Origin: Nitrosococcus oceani ATCC 19707
GTDB lineage: Bacteria > Pseudomonadota > Gammaproteobacteria > Nitrosococcales > Nitrosococcaceae
NCBI RefSeq assembly: GCF_000012805.1
Contig: NC_007484.1
Span: 2,640,001 to 2,672,000, forward strand
Direction: 5' to 3'
Length of the DNA: 32,000 nucleotides
Below the pieces are notes generated by a model that saw only the letters and a program-made list of their open reading frames with translations, did no database searches and had not been told where the DNA came from. Position 1 is the first letter of the stretch, and each line of letters opens with the position of its first letter. Both the position numbers and the translations under genes were made by a program. Of the stretch, positions 1 through 8,986 are shown piece by piece.

Positions 1-2
1 GA

Positions 3-923
3 CGACGCAAGCCCCCTCTCTTCGTCTCAGTACTACTCCATGGCAATGAACCTGTCGGCTGGGAGGCAATACGCCATCTTTTATCCCAATACCAAAATCG
101 GGAGTTACCACGAGCGTTATCCCTTTTCGTTGGTAATATCACCGCTGCTCGCTATGGACTCCGACGCCTTGATGGTCAGCCTGATCACAACCGAATTTGG
201 ACTTCAGGTAATACTCCGGAACATGCCATGGCAACTCAAGTCTACGAAGAGATGGCTAAAATTGGCTTGTTTGCCAGTATCGATATCCATAATAATACCG
301 GCCTTAATCCTCACTATGCCTGCGTTAATAAGCTCGCTACTCCCTTTCTCCATTTAGCAGCCCTATTTAGCCGAACCGTTATTTACTTTGTTCGCCCCCA
401 AGGGGTGCAGTCTCTGGCTTTTGCTGAGCTAGGACCAGCTGTTACGCTTGAATGCGGCCAGCCTGGTTGCCCTCAAGGTGTAGCTCACGCGCACGAATAC
501 TTAACTGCTTGTTTGCATCTGGCGGAATTTCCCTTCCAGTCCGTTCCCAAACAAGATATCGAACTCTTCCATACCGTAGCCGTAGTCCGAATCCCGCCTG
601 GACTGCGAGTTGGTTTTCATGGTGATGACTTGGACTTGCGCCTAATCGATAATCTAGACCAGCTAAATTTTCAGGAACTGCCCGTCAACACGCTCTTGGG
701 CTGGCAGCCCTCGAATCGCAATATTTTGCTTACAGTCACTAACGAGCAGGATCAAGAAATAAGCGGGCGTTATTTTTATCTGAATGGCACCGAGCTTCGA
801 ACTTGCCGCCCCGTCATGCCCTCGATGCTGACTCGTGATATCCGTATCATCCGCCAGGATTGTCTCTGCTACCTGATGGAGAGAATGCTACTGCCAAACG
901 CTTCATTTGGAGTTTCGCCATGA
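3..923 (+). CDS. succinylglutamate desuccinylase/aspartoacylase (AstE/AspA, M14-like zinc hydrolase) family protein, 5' end cut by window edge
   Basis: Frame 3 is open from nt 3 into track ORF 228..923. The extra N-terminal translation reads RRKPPLFVSVLLHGNEPVGWEAIRHLL, which carries the HxxE zinc-ligand motif typical of this family. Stop is TGA 921-923. Confidence 0.75.
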   Translation, partial: RRKPPLFVSVLLHGNEPVGWEAIRHLLSQYQNRELPRALSLFVGNITAARYGLRRLDGQPDHNRIWTSGNTPEHAMATQVYEEMAKIGLFASIDIHNNTGLNPHYACVNKLATPFLHLAALFSRTVIYFVRPQGVQSLAFAELGPAVTLECGQPGCPQGVAHAHEYLTACLHLAEFPFQSVPKQDIELFHTVAVVRIPPGLRVGFHGDDLDLRLIDNLDQLNFQELPVNTLLGWQPSNRNILLTVTNEQDQEISGRYFYLNGTELRTCRPVMPSMLTRDIRIIRQDCLCYLMERMLLPNASFGVSP

Positions 924-1120
924 CTCATTTTAATTTTGTTCCTACAAAATCTTATCAGCCTAGCAAATTCGCGTTTCAACCGGTGCCTCGGGCTGGCCAC
1001 GACTTAGCGCGCAAGGCCTTCGGTTGGGTATCACCCTCCACGCGCATGACTTCTCCACCTCCCGAGGAATGGCACTATATAACAGGGAAGAAAAGCACAC
1101 AGCAAGGGGGTAAATTTTAA
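920..1120 (+). CDS. hypothetical small protein (66 aa), ATGA-overlapped with upstream gene
   Basis: ATG 920-922 overlaps the TGA 921-923 of the upstream CDS. GGAG at 909-912 lies 7 nt upstream. Product is MTHFNFVPTKSYQPSKFAFQPVPRAG..., with no recognisable domain. It fills an otherwise empty 242-nt convergent gap. Confidence 0.3.
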   Translation: MTHFNFVPTKSYQPSKFAFQPVPRAGHDLARKAFGWVSPSTRMTSPPPEEWHYITGKKSTQQGGKF

Positions 1121-1165
1121 TAAGGCCGTTATCCATAACTCATAGGCCCTCTCTGGCATAAATAG

Positions 1166-2440
1166 TTAGATAATCATTCCTGCGCCAACGGTCTCATTGG
1201 TAAATTCGTTGATAAGAATTAAGCTACCCGTTCCCCGGTTCATGCGGTAGCTATCAAAAAACAACGGGCTCGTGGTCCTAATCTTGATTCGACCGATATC
1301 GTTGAGCCCAAGCGTTGCTCCATCCTCAAGCCGGCTTAAGGTCGTAATATCCACCTTATAGCGCACTTCTTTAACTACGCAGCGAGCATCCTTAGTCGTG
1401 TGTTTAATAGCGTACTTAGCGCCGGGGGTCAGCGGAGTTTCATTAAGCCAACAAACCATCAATTCAACATCTTGGGTAAATTGAGGTTGGTTAGCAGGTT
1501 TAACAATCATATCTCCCCGGCTAATATCGACATCGTCTTCCAGGGTAAAGGCTACTGCCATGGGGGCAAAAGCCTCATCAACTGGACCTTCCAAAGTATC
1601 AATAGACTTGATATGAGTTGAAAATCCTGAAGGAAGTGCGGTAATTTCATCTCCTGGACGAAAGATGCCTCCCTCTACCCGTCCAGCATAGCTGCGATAA
1701 TCATGGTATTGATCCGACTGGGGACGAATTACATATTGCACCGGAAAACGACCGTCAATATGATTGTAATCGCTCCCAATATGCACATTCTCCAAGGTAT
1801 GGAGCAAAGTCCCTCCTTGATACCATGGCATGTTTTCCGACTTTACTACGACATTATCTCCCTGTAAGGCGCTAATAGGAATATAATGGATATCAGGAAT
1901 ATCTAGCTTCGCTGCGAAATTTTCAAACTCTTTTTTGATTTTCTCAAATCGCTCCTCTTGATAATCCACCAAATCCATCTTATTGATGCACAACACAAGG
2001 TGGGGGAGTTCCAAGAGGGAGGCAATAGAGGCATGACGGCAAGTCTGCTCAATGACTCCATGGCGGGCATCGGCTAATACAATCGCTAAATTAGCGGTCG
2101 AGGCACCAGTGACCATATTGCGGGTATATTGTATGTGCCCCGGAGTATCCGCAATGATGAATTTACGTTTAGGCGTAGCAAAATAACGGTAAGCCACATC
2201 GATAGTAATGCCTTGTTCCCGCTCAGCCCGCAGGCCATCGGTGAGCAATGCTAAATTGACCTGACTCTCGCCGCGCTGCTGACTGCTTCTTTGGATAGAT
2301 TCCAACTGATCCTCGAAGATAGATTTGGAATCATAGAGCAGACGGCCAATAAGCGTACTCTTACCATCATCCACACTCCCAGCAGTAGTAAGACGCAACA
2401 GATCCATCTCTAGGTATTTTGACTGCGAAGATCCACTCAT
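1166..2440 (-). CDS. cysN: sulfate adenylyltransferase subunit 1 (GTPase subunit), no fused APS-kinase domain
   Basis: 424 aa with GTPase motifs GSVDDGKST, DTPGH and NKMD and EF-Tu-like domains. It sits 12 nt downstream of cysD. Confidence 0.95.
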   Translation of the reverse strand: MSGSSQSKYLEMDLLRLTTAGSVDDGKSTLIGRLLYDSKSIFEDQLESIQRSSQQRGESQVNLALLTDGLRAEREQGITIDVAYRYFATPKRKFIIADTPGHIQYTRNMVTGASTANLAIVLADARHGVIEQTCRHASIASLLELPHLVLCINKMDLVDYQEERFEKIKKEFENFAAKLDIPDIHYIPISALQGDNVVVKSENMPWYQGGTLLHTLENVHIGSDYNHIDGRFPVQYVIRPQSDQYHDYRSYAGRVEGGIFRPGDEITALPSGFSTHIKSIDTLEGPVDEAFAPMAVAFTLEDDVDISRGDMIVKPANQPQFTQDVELMVCWLNETPLTPGAKYAIKHTTKDARCVVKEVRYKVDITTLSRLEDGATLGLNDIGRIKIRTTSPLFFDSYRMNRGTGSLILINEFTNETVGAGMII

Positions 2441-2452
2441 AATTTTATAATA

Positions 2453-3358
2453 TTAAAAATAACCTTGCCTTTTACGATCTTCCATCGCCGCTTCCGAGCG
2501 TTTATCATCAGCTCTGCCACCGCGCTCAGTTACCCTAGCCGCAGCCACTTCCTGGATAATATCCTCGATCGTAGCAGCTTCAGACTCGACGACCCCCGTG
2601 CAGGTCATGTCTCCTACCGTTCGGCAGCGAACCTGCCGCCGTTCCGGAGTCTCTCCCCTCCTTAATGCAAGATAAGAGGAATTCGCCAACAACATTCCAT
2701 CCCGCTGAATAATCTCCCTTTCATGGCTAAAATAGATATTGGGAATGTCTACGTTCTCTTGGGCAATGTATTGCCAAACATCCATTTCAGTCCAATTACT
2801 CAAAGGAAAAACCCGGAAATGCTCGCCCATATGCTTACGACCATTAAATAAGCTCCATAGCTCGGGACGTTGATTTTTAGGATCCCACTGGCCAAACTCA
2901 TCCCGGTGAGAAAATATTCTTTCCTTGGCCCGGGCCTTTTCCTCATCACGTCGACCACCCCCAAAGGCAGCATCAACTTTCAGCTCTTCAAGCGCATCCA
3001 GCAGGGTAGTGGTTTGCAGCCTATTGCGACTCGCATTAGGTCCTTTCTCTTCCGCCGTACGTCCCTGATCAATGGAATCTTGCACCGTTCGAACTATTAA
3101 TCTTGCCCCTACCTGCTCTACAAGATGATCCCTAAAATCCAGAGTTTCAGGGAAATTATGCCCGGTATCAATATGGAGCAAAGGAAACGGCAACTTAGCA
3201 GGCCAAAAAGCTTTTTGAGCTAACCGTACCATGACAATAGAATCCTTGCCCCCAGAGAACAGCAGTACAGGCCGCTCGAAAATAGCCGCAACCTCACGCA
3301 TAATAAATATAGCTTCCGCCTCAAGCTGCTTAAGATGAGTCAGACTGTATGACTTCAT
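2453..3358 (-). CDS. cysD: sulfate adenylyltransferase subunit 2
   Basis: 301 aa with PP-loop SGGKDS (LLFSGGKDSIVM) and a typical CysD C-terminus ...DRKRQGYF. Adjacent to cysN. Confidence 0.95.
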   Translation of the reverse strand: MKSYSLTHLKQLEAEAIFIMREVAAIFERPVLLFSGGKDSIVMVRLAQKAFWPAKLPFPLLHIDTGHNFPETLDFRDHLVEQVGARLIVRTVQDSIDQGRTAEEKGPNASRNRLQTTTLLDALEELKVDAAFGGGRRDEEKARAKERIFSHRDEFGQWDPKNQRPELWSLFNGRKHMGEHFRVFPLSNWTEMDVWQYIAQENVDIPNIYFSHEREIIQRDGMLLANSSYLALRRGETPERRQVRCRTVGDMTCTGVVESEAATIEDIIQEVAAARVTERGGRADDKRSEAAMEDRKRQGYF

Positions 3359-3428
3359 GATCTCCTACTCATTGACAAACCCCGAGAACTTATAAGCACC
3401 TAATTTTATTCATCCTTTGGGAGGAAAT

Positions 3429-4142
3429 TTACCCAATGGACAATCGCTTTAAATGCAGTCCACATTCTTTTGTAGCAGCGTCTTCCCACCACCACCTTCC
3501 AGCCCGGATATCTTCACCTATAGTAATCGCCCGCGTACAGGGAGCACATCCAATGCTAGCATAACCTTGATTGTATAACGTATTATAAGGAAGGTCGAAC
3601 CGGCGCACATAATCCCAAACTTCATCCTCGCTCCATTCAATGAGAGGATTAAATTTCTGCAATTTATGGTCTACATCCCATTTCGAAAGCGATAAATCTT
3701 TGCGGGTTACCGATTGTCCTCGCCGCACCCCGGTAATCCAAGCTTTTTTCCCCGCAAGCGCCCGTTTCAGGGGTTCTACCTTGCGGATTCTGCAACATTC
3801 TTTACGCAGCGCTACGCTCTCATAAAAGCCATTAGGCCCGTGCTTTTCCACATAAGTTTCCACCTTCTGGGTTTCAGGAAAATAAATGTTCACCGGACGG
3901 GCATAGCGTTCCTTAACCTTTTGTATCAGCTCATAGGTTTCCTGGGGTAGACGGCCCGTATCTAAAGTAAATACTTCTATCTTTGGCGCATGCTTGCAGA
4001 TAAGATCGACAAGCACCATGTCCTCTATCCCAAAGCTACAGGCAAAACAAGCGGGAGCATAGTTGAGTTCAATGGAGATCAACAGCGAAGAAACCGCTTC
4101 AACCTTATTTGCTAACAAATCCTCTCTCATCAACGTGTCCAT
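3429..4142 (-). CDS. cysH: adenosine 5'-phosphosulfate (APS)/PAPS reductase, Fe-S cluster type
   Basis: 237 aa with C-terminal catalytic ECGLH motif. It also carries KECC...(81 aa)...CAPC, the CC-X~80-CXXC arrangement of [4Fe-4S] assimilatory APS reductases. Confidence 0.9.
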   Translation of the reverse strand: MDTLMREDLLANKVEAVSSLLISIELNYAPACFACSFGIEDMVLVDLICKHAPKIEVFTLDTGRLPQETYELIQKVKERYARPVNIYFPETQKVETYVEKHGPNGFYESVALRKECCRIRKVEPLKRALAGKKAWITGVRRGQSVTRKDLSLSKWDVDHKLQKFNPLIEWSEDEVWDYVRRFDLPYNTLYNQGYASIGCAPCTRAITIGEDIRAGRWWWEDAATKECGLHLKRLSIG

Positions 4143-4159
4143 ATCACCACACTTCCTGG

Positions 4160-4960
4160 CTAGAAAATAAATTTGATACCCACCAACATAAGCAGGGTCG
4201 CTAATACTGTTTGCATAGTCCGCTCCGGAATATTCACCCCTATATGACTAGCCACGTAAATCCCAGGCAAAGATCCGAGAAGTAAATTGCCCAAGAGAAC
4301 CATATCCACAGACCCCAAATACCAATGCCCAATGCCCGCAATAGCCGTCAAAGGCACCGCATGAGTAATGTCTGTAGCAACTACCTGCACTGTCCGCAGG
4401 CCAGGATAAAGGAACAGCAATACCACGGCCCCCAAAGCGCCTGCACCAATGGAGGACAGAGTAACCAAAAACCCCAACACGCCCCCCATCACAAGCGTAC
4501 TTACTGTAGTAAAACGCGGGTTACAGCGCAAAGAATAAGCGGGTTGCATTATTTTAGGCAGTGCCCTCCTAGCTGCCATTCGCTGCAACCAACTCTTCAT
4601 GGGCAATGCGACTGCCGTCAAAACCAGGGCAGTTCCCAGTGCCGTATTAATAATACCTTCCAATTGCAGGCCACGGGCTTGAAATAGCTTTAAGATTTGC
4701 AGAGCAATTAGAGTAGAAGGAATGCTCCCCAAGGCCAGCAGACCTACTACCCGCCATTGAATGGTATGATGGCGCCAGTGCGCCCAAATGCCGCCCATTT
4801 TAGTAAGCGCTGCAAACAACAGATCGGTTCCCACCGCCGTCAGCGGAGGGATCCCAAAACCAAAGATCAAAAGTGGCGTCATTAACGAGCCGCCACCGAC
4901 TCCGGTCAGCCCCACCATGAAACCAACAACCAGTCCGGCCAGTATATATCCCAGCTCCAT
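4160..4960 (-). CDS. TauE/SafE (DUF81) family anion permease, first gene of the cys operon
   Basis: 266 aa, highly hydrophobic with multiple TM segments. Internal duplication with G-rich helices (LTGVGGGSLMTPLL ... SSIGAGALGAVVL) is typical of DUF81. It lies 17 nt upstream of cysH on the same strand. Confidence 0.85.
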   Translation of the reverse strand: MELGYILAGLVVGFMVGLTGVGGGSLMTPLLIFGFGIPPLTAVGTDLLFAALTKMGGIWAHWRHHTIQWRVVGLLALGSIPSTLIALQILKLFQARGLQLEGIINTALGTALVLTAVALPMKSWLQRMAARRALPKIMQPAYSLRCNPRFTTVSTLVMGGVLGFLVTLSSIGAGALGAVVLLFLYPGLRTVQVVATDITHAVPLTAIAGIGHWYLGSVDMVLLGNLLLGSLPGIYVASHIGVNIPERTMQTVLATLLMLVGIKFIF

Positions 4961-5030
4961 CCACCTTGACCCTATATTAATTCCCTAAAGTTCGGGAAAG
5001 TGGATGAAATTGTAACTCCCGGCAGATATC

Positions 5031-5060
5031 ATATCAAAATATATTATTCTTTATTGATAT
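5031..5060. promoter_or_regulatory. candidate LysR/CysB operator: perfect 7-bp inverted repeat ATATCAA-N16-TTGATAT in the divergent tauE/cysB intergenic region
   Basis: ATATCAA at 5031-5037 and TTGATAT at 5054-5060, read directly. AT-rich 125-bp divergent promoter region, 26 nt upstream of the cysB-like ATG. Confidence 0.3.
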
Positions 5061-5085
5061 AACTATTTGTTATAGAAAAATAGCC

Positions 5086-6006
5086 ATGAAATTACAGCAA
5101 CTGCATTTTGTATACGAAGTCTCCCGGCAAGGATATAATGTATCCGCAGCCGCCGAGGCGCTTCACGCCACGCAGCCAGGAGTTAGTAACCGGATTCATC
5201 AGCTAGAGCGGGAGCTCGGTGTACCCATCTTCGAGCGCCATGGCAAACGGCTCACCGGCATGACTCCTGCCGGAAAGGCTATCTTAAAAATGATTGAGCG
5301 AATCTTGCGCGAAGTGGAAAATATCAAGCAAGTGAGCGCGGAAGCTACAGACGAACATCAAGGGATACTCTCCATTGCTACAACCCACACCCAAGCCCGC
5401 TATGCCTTGCCGCTGGTGATCAAAGCTTTTAGGGATCGTTACCCTCAAGTCCGCCTCAGGATGTTTCAAGGCACTCCCCGTCAAATTGCTGAAATGGCGG
5501 CTGCGGGAACCGTGGACCTTGCTATCGCTACTGAGGCTATCGAACTATTTGAAGATTTGATCATGCTGCCTTGTTATGAGTGGAACCGAAGCGTGGTAGT
5601 TCCGCCCGCACACCCTTTGTTGGCATGCCGGCCCCTGACGCTGGAAGCCGTGGCAAAATACCCTATTATCACTTATGTCTTTGGCTTTACAGGCCGCTCT
5701 AAGCTCGATAACGCATTTGCCAGTAAAAACCTTGTTCCAAATGTAATTCTTACTGCCACCGATGCCGATGTTATTAAAACATATCTCCATTTGGGGTTAG
5801 GAATTGGAATCATCGCTAGCATGGCTTTTGATCCTGACCAGGATGCACCGCTCAAAGCTATCGATGCTAGCCACTTATTCGAGCCCAGCACCACCCATCT
5901 CGGAATCCGGCGAGGCGCCTATCTGCGGGGGTATATTTATGCCTTCATAGAACTATTTTCTCCACAGCTTACACGCCAAATCGTCGATGCGGCCGTTCAT
6001 GCCTAA
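5086..6006 (+). CDS. cysB: LysR-family transcriptional regulator, CysB/Cbl type
   Basis: 306 aa. N-terminal w[44 protein letters not shown] and the [12 protein letters not shown] block closely resemble E. coli CysB. Divergent from the cys operon. Confidence 0.8.
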   Translation: MKLQQLHFVYEVSRQGYNVSAAAEALHATQPGVSNRIHQLERELGVPIFERHGKRLTGMTPAGKAILKMIERILREVENIKQVSAEATDEHQGILSIATTHTQARYALPLVIKAFRDRYPQVRLRMFQGTPRQIAEMAAAGTVDLAIATEAIELFEDLIMLPCYEWNRSVVVPPAHPLLACRPLTLEAVAKYPIITYVFGFTGRSKLDNAFASKNLVPNVILTATDADVIKTYLHLGLGIGIIASMAFDPDQDAPLKAIDASHLFEPSTTHLGIRRGAYLRGYIYAFIELFSPQLTRQIVDAAVHA

Positions 6007-7049
6007 CCAAAAAGGGCTTTCATCCGTTCATGGGTAGGCTGGCGAACCACGCCCCTTTCCGTCACGATGGCATCAATGAGGTGGGCAGGGATGACATCAA
6101 AAGCGGGATTATAGGCTTCAGCCCCAACCGTGGCGATAGCTTTTCCCCCTAAAGTTAGAACCTCCTCCGGAGGCCGTTGTTCAATGGGAATTCTCGTTCC
6201 ATCAGACAAATTCCAATCAATGGTTGAAGTAGGGGCTACCACCATAAAACGCACGTTATGATAACGGGCCGCTACGGCTAAGCCATAAGAACCAATTTTA
6301 TTGGCGGTATCACCATTAGCCGCGATCCGATCGGCACCAACAATCACCCATTGAACTTCTCCCTGCCCCAGCAAATAAGGAGCAACGCTATCGGCAATAA
6401 GCACTACCGGTATTCCGTCCCGCAATAGCTCCCAAGTGGTAAGGCGTGCGCCTTGCAACCAAGGCCGGGTTTCATCGGCAAACACTTTTTCAATTCGCCC
6501 CTTGCCATAAGCATGACGAATCACTCCAAGCGCGGTTCCAAAACCACCCGTTGCTAAAGAACCAGTATTACAATGAGTTAGAACCCCTACCGATCCTTCA
6601 ATAAGGGTAGTACCTAGCTCACCCATACGGCGATTAGCCGCAATATCTTCTTCATGGATACATCGGGCTTCAACAAGCAAAGCGCTTTCCGGATCACGAT
6701 GATCAGGAAGACCTTGAATAATAGCTTGCATTCGTGCTAAGGCCCAAGCAAGGTTAATGGCAGTAGGGCGGGCTGCCTCTAAATCACATAGATCCGCTTC
6801 AAGGAGCTGCTTCCAACCAGAACCCGCCTCGGAAAAACGAGCCCTTGCCGCAAGCACTACACCATAGGCGGCCGCGATTCCAATTGCAGGTGCGCCCCGT
6901 ACGACCATTTTGGTAATAGCTTGAGCCACATCGGATACGCAGGCGATCGTCCAGTAAATTTCTTCCTGAGGGAGGCGGCGCTGATCCAATAATCGTACAC
7001 CCGCTCCGGTCCAAGCTACTGCTCGAATTTGATCATGCTCGGCGCTCAT
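6003..7049 (-). CDS. mtnA: S-methyl-5-thioribose-1-phosphate isomerase
   Basis: 348 aa of the eIF-2B alpha/beta/delta-like family, with LDQRRLP near the N-terminus and [18 protein letters not shown]. Confidence 0.9.
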   Translation of the reverse strand: MSAEHDQIRAVAWTGAGVRLLDQRRLPQEEIYWTIACVSDVAQAITKMVVRGAPAIGIAAAYGVVLAARARFSEAGSGWKQLLEADLCDLEAARPTAINLAWALARMQAIIQGLPDHRDPESALLVEARCIHEEDIAANRRMGELGTTLIEGSVGVLTHCNTGSLATGGFGTALGVIRHAYGKGRIEKVFADETRPWLQGARLTTWELLRDGIPVVLIADSVAPYLLGQGEVQWVIVGADRIAANGDTANKIGSYGLAVAARYHNVRFMVVAPTSTIDWNLSDGTRIPIEQRPPEEVLTLGGKAIATVGAEAYNPAFDVIPAHLIDAIVTERGVVRQPTHERMKALFG

Positions 7050-7111
7050 ATATTTATTTTAAAAGACTCTGCGAAGAAACTGCTGCTTTGAACTATTTCT
7101 CCTCCTACCAC

Positions 7112-7597
7112 TCAATGGGGCCAGTGGAGGATATATTCCTGGGGAAGTTTTGCCAAAATAATAATCCCCATCATGACAGCAAGCTGCCGTTTATCCTCAA
7201 ATAATTCAGGCAAACCTATTTTTTTTGCCGCCAAATAGGCAACAAAAAAATAAAAGAATATATTGGGAAAAAAGAAAAACATTACTCTTAAATCAGTCGC
7301 TAAATAAAGCCCATACCCCAATAACCTATATCCATAGAGAAAGAGCGCGGTGTTACGGACGGTTTTATGTTCCCACCGACTGGCCATAATTGCCATAATA
7401 GTTAGCTGATAAATATCAAGAGGTTTATCATAAGCGGTATAATTTATGTCTGTCGGTCCTAGTGCAGCCCAAATCACAATATCAAGGGCATCAAATACAA
7501 ACTCTGAGACGAGACTGCCAAAAAGAGGCCACCGAAATATTATCAACGGCCCCAGCAACCGCATTGCTAATACAATTATCATTCCGTCATCAAACAT
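7112..7597 (-). CDS. hypothetical integral membrane protein (161 aa, about 5-6 TM)
   Basis: Phe/Leu/Ile-rich ORF (FFFFPNIFFYFFVAYLAA) with no family I recognise. Same strand as mtnA and 62 nt upstream of it. No obvious SD. Confidence 0.55.
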   Translation of the reverse strand: MFDDGMIIVLAMRLLGPLIIFRWPLFGSLVSEFVFDALDIVIWAALGPTDINYTAYDKPLDIYQLTIMAIMASRWEHKTVRNTALFLYGYRLLGYGLYLATDLRVMFFFFPNIFFYFFVAYLAAKKIGLPELFEDKRQLAVMMGIIILAKLPQEYILHWPH

Positions 7598-7657
7598 AAT
7601 TAGGCCACACTACTATTACCGGTTATCTTATTATTAAAGGTTATAATTGCCTTTGCC

Positions 7658-8986
7658 ATGCAGAACATTAAAACGTTAATCCATGCCCGCTGGGTTATTC
7701 CCGTTATTCCAGAAGGACAAATACTGGAAAACCATAGCCTTGCCATCTACCAAGGGCGTATTGTGGATTGTCTCCCAAGAATAGAAGCGGAAACCCGCTA
7801 CCGAGACGCTCACCAAATTGAGCTTACCCAGCATGCACTCATACCCGGTCTTATTAATGCCCATATCCATAGTCCCATGTCTCTCCTACGCGGTCTCGCT
7901 GACGACCTCCCCCTTATGGAGTGGCTTGAAAAGCATATCTGGCCAGCCGAAACCAAATGGGTAAGCGAAACCTTTGTGCGTGATGGCGCCCTTCTAGCGA
8001 TTGCTGAAATGCTCCGTGGAGGCATTACTTGCTTTAACGATATGTATTTTTTCCCCGAAGTCGTAGCGCAGGCGGCAGTCGAAGCTAACATGCGCGCTGT
8101 TATTGGCATGATTGTCATTGATTTTCCCAGCAGATGGGCAAAAACCCCCGAGGATTATCTCCGCAAAGGGTTAGAGTTAAATGATAACTATCAGAATCAT
8201 CCTCTTATCAAAACGGCCTTTGCTCCCCATGCCCCTTATACTGTCAGCGATGAATCCTTAACGCAAGTCGCTATTTTATCTAAGGAACTAAATATTCCAG
8301 TCCATATGCATATCCATGAGACGGTGGAGGAAATTAATAGGAGTATAACCCAATATGGCATGCGACCCTTAGGGCGGTTACAGCGCCTAGGACTACTTTC
8401 ATCCCGGCTCTTAGCCGTCCATATGACTCAACTTACCGATCAAGAGTTTCAGACGATAACGAAGCATGGAATTCATATCGTTCATTGTCCAGAGTCTAAT
8501 CTCAAACTTGCCAGCGGCTTTTGTCCAGTAGCTAAACTATATCAAGCGGGAATTAATATTGCTTTAGGTACCGATAGTGCAGCAAGCAATAACGATTTGG
8601 ATATGTTTGTGGAAATGCGCCTTACCGCTTTGTTGGCTAAAGCATTAGCTAGCGACGCTAGCGCCATTCCCGCAAAGCAGGCGCTTCGCATGGCTACCTT
8701 AAATGGTGCCCAAGCGTTAGGCTTGGAGCAAGAAATTGGATCCCTGGAAATCGGTAAGATAGCTGACATAGTCGCCGTCGATTTGGGTGGGCTAGAAACA
8801 CAGCCGCTCTATGATCCCATTTCCCAATTAGTCTATACGGCAGGCCGCGATAAGGTCAGCGATGTTTGGATAGCCGGCCAACAGGTCCTTAAGAGGCGCC
8901 AATTTACAACTTTGGATGAACGATTGCTTCTATCCCGAACCCAAGCCTGGGCGGAAAGAATAAAAGAATCAAGGAAATTCACATGA
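7658..8986 (+). CDS. mtaD: 5-methylthioadenosine/S-adenosylhomocysteine deaminase (amidohydrolase superfamily)
   Basis: 442 aa with metal-ligand motifs [24 protein letters not shown] and [10 protein letters not shown]. Sits immediately upstream of ubiG, an arrangement I recall from other gammaproteobacteria. Confidence 0.85.
   Translation: MQNIKTLIHARWVIPVIPEGQILENHSLAIYQGRIVDCLPRIEAETRYRDAHQIELTQHALIPGLINAHIHSPMSLLRGLADDLPLMEWLEKHIWPAETKWVSETFVRDGALLAIAEMLRGGITCFNDMYFFPEVVAQAAVEANMRAVIGMIVIDFPSRWAKTPEDYLRKGLELNDNYQNHPLIKTAFAPHAPYTVSDESLTQVAILSKELNIPVHMHIHETVEEINRSITQYGMRPLGRLQRLGLLSSRLLAVHMTQLTDQEFQTITKHGIHIVHCPESNLKLASGFCPVAKLYQAGINIALGTDSAASNNDLDMFVEMRLTALLAKALASDASAIPAKQALRMATLNGAQALGLEQEIGSLEIGKIADIVAVDLGGLETQPLYDPISQLVYTAGRDKVSDVWIAGQQVLKRRQFTTLDERLLLSRTQAWAERIKESRKFT

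Noticed and set aside
40-357. 105-aa + strand ORF at the window start
   Set aside because: It lies in a different frame over the N-terminal part of the AstE/AspA-family CDS, which is open from nt 3 and carries the HGNE motif. The ORF has no motif of its own.
860-919. Upstream extension of the small ORF (track ORF 860..1120, 86 aa)
   Set aside because: The first 20 codons lie inside the upstream gene in another frame. The ATG at 920 with GGAG at -7 and the ATGA overlap is the only plausible start, if the ORF is real at all.
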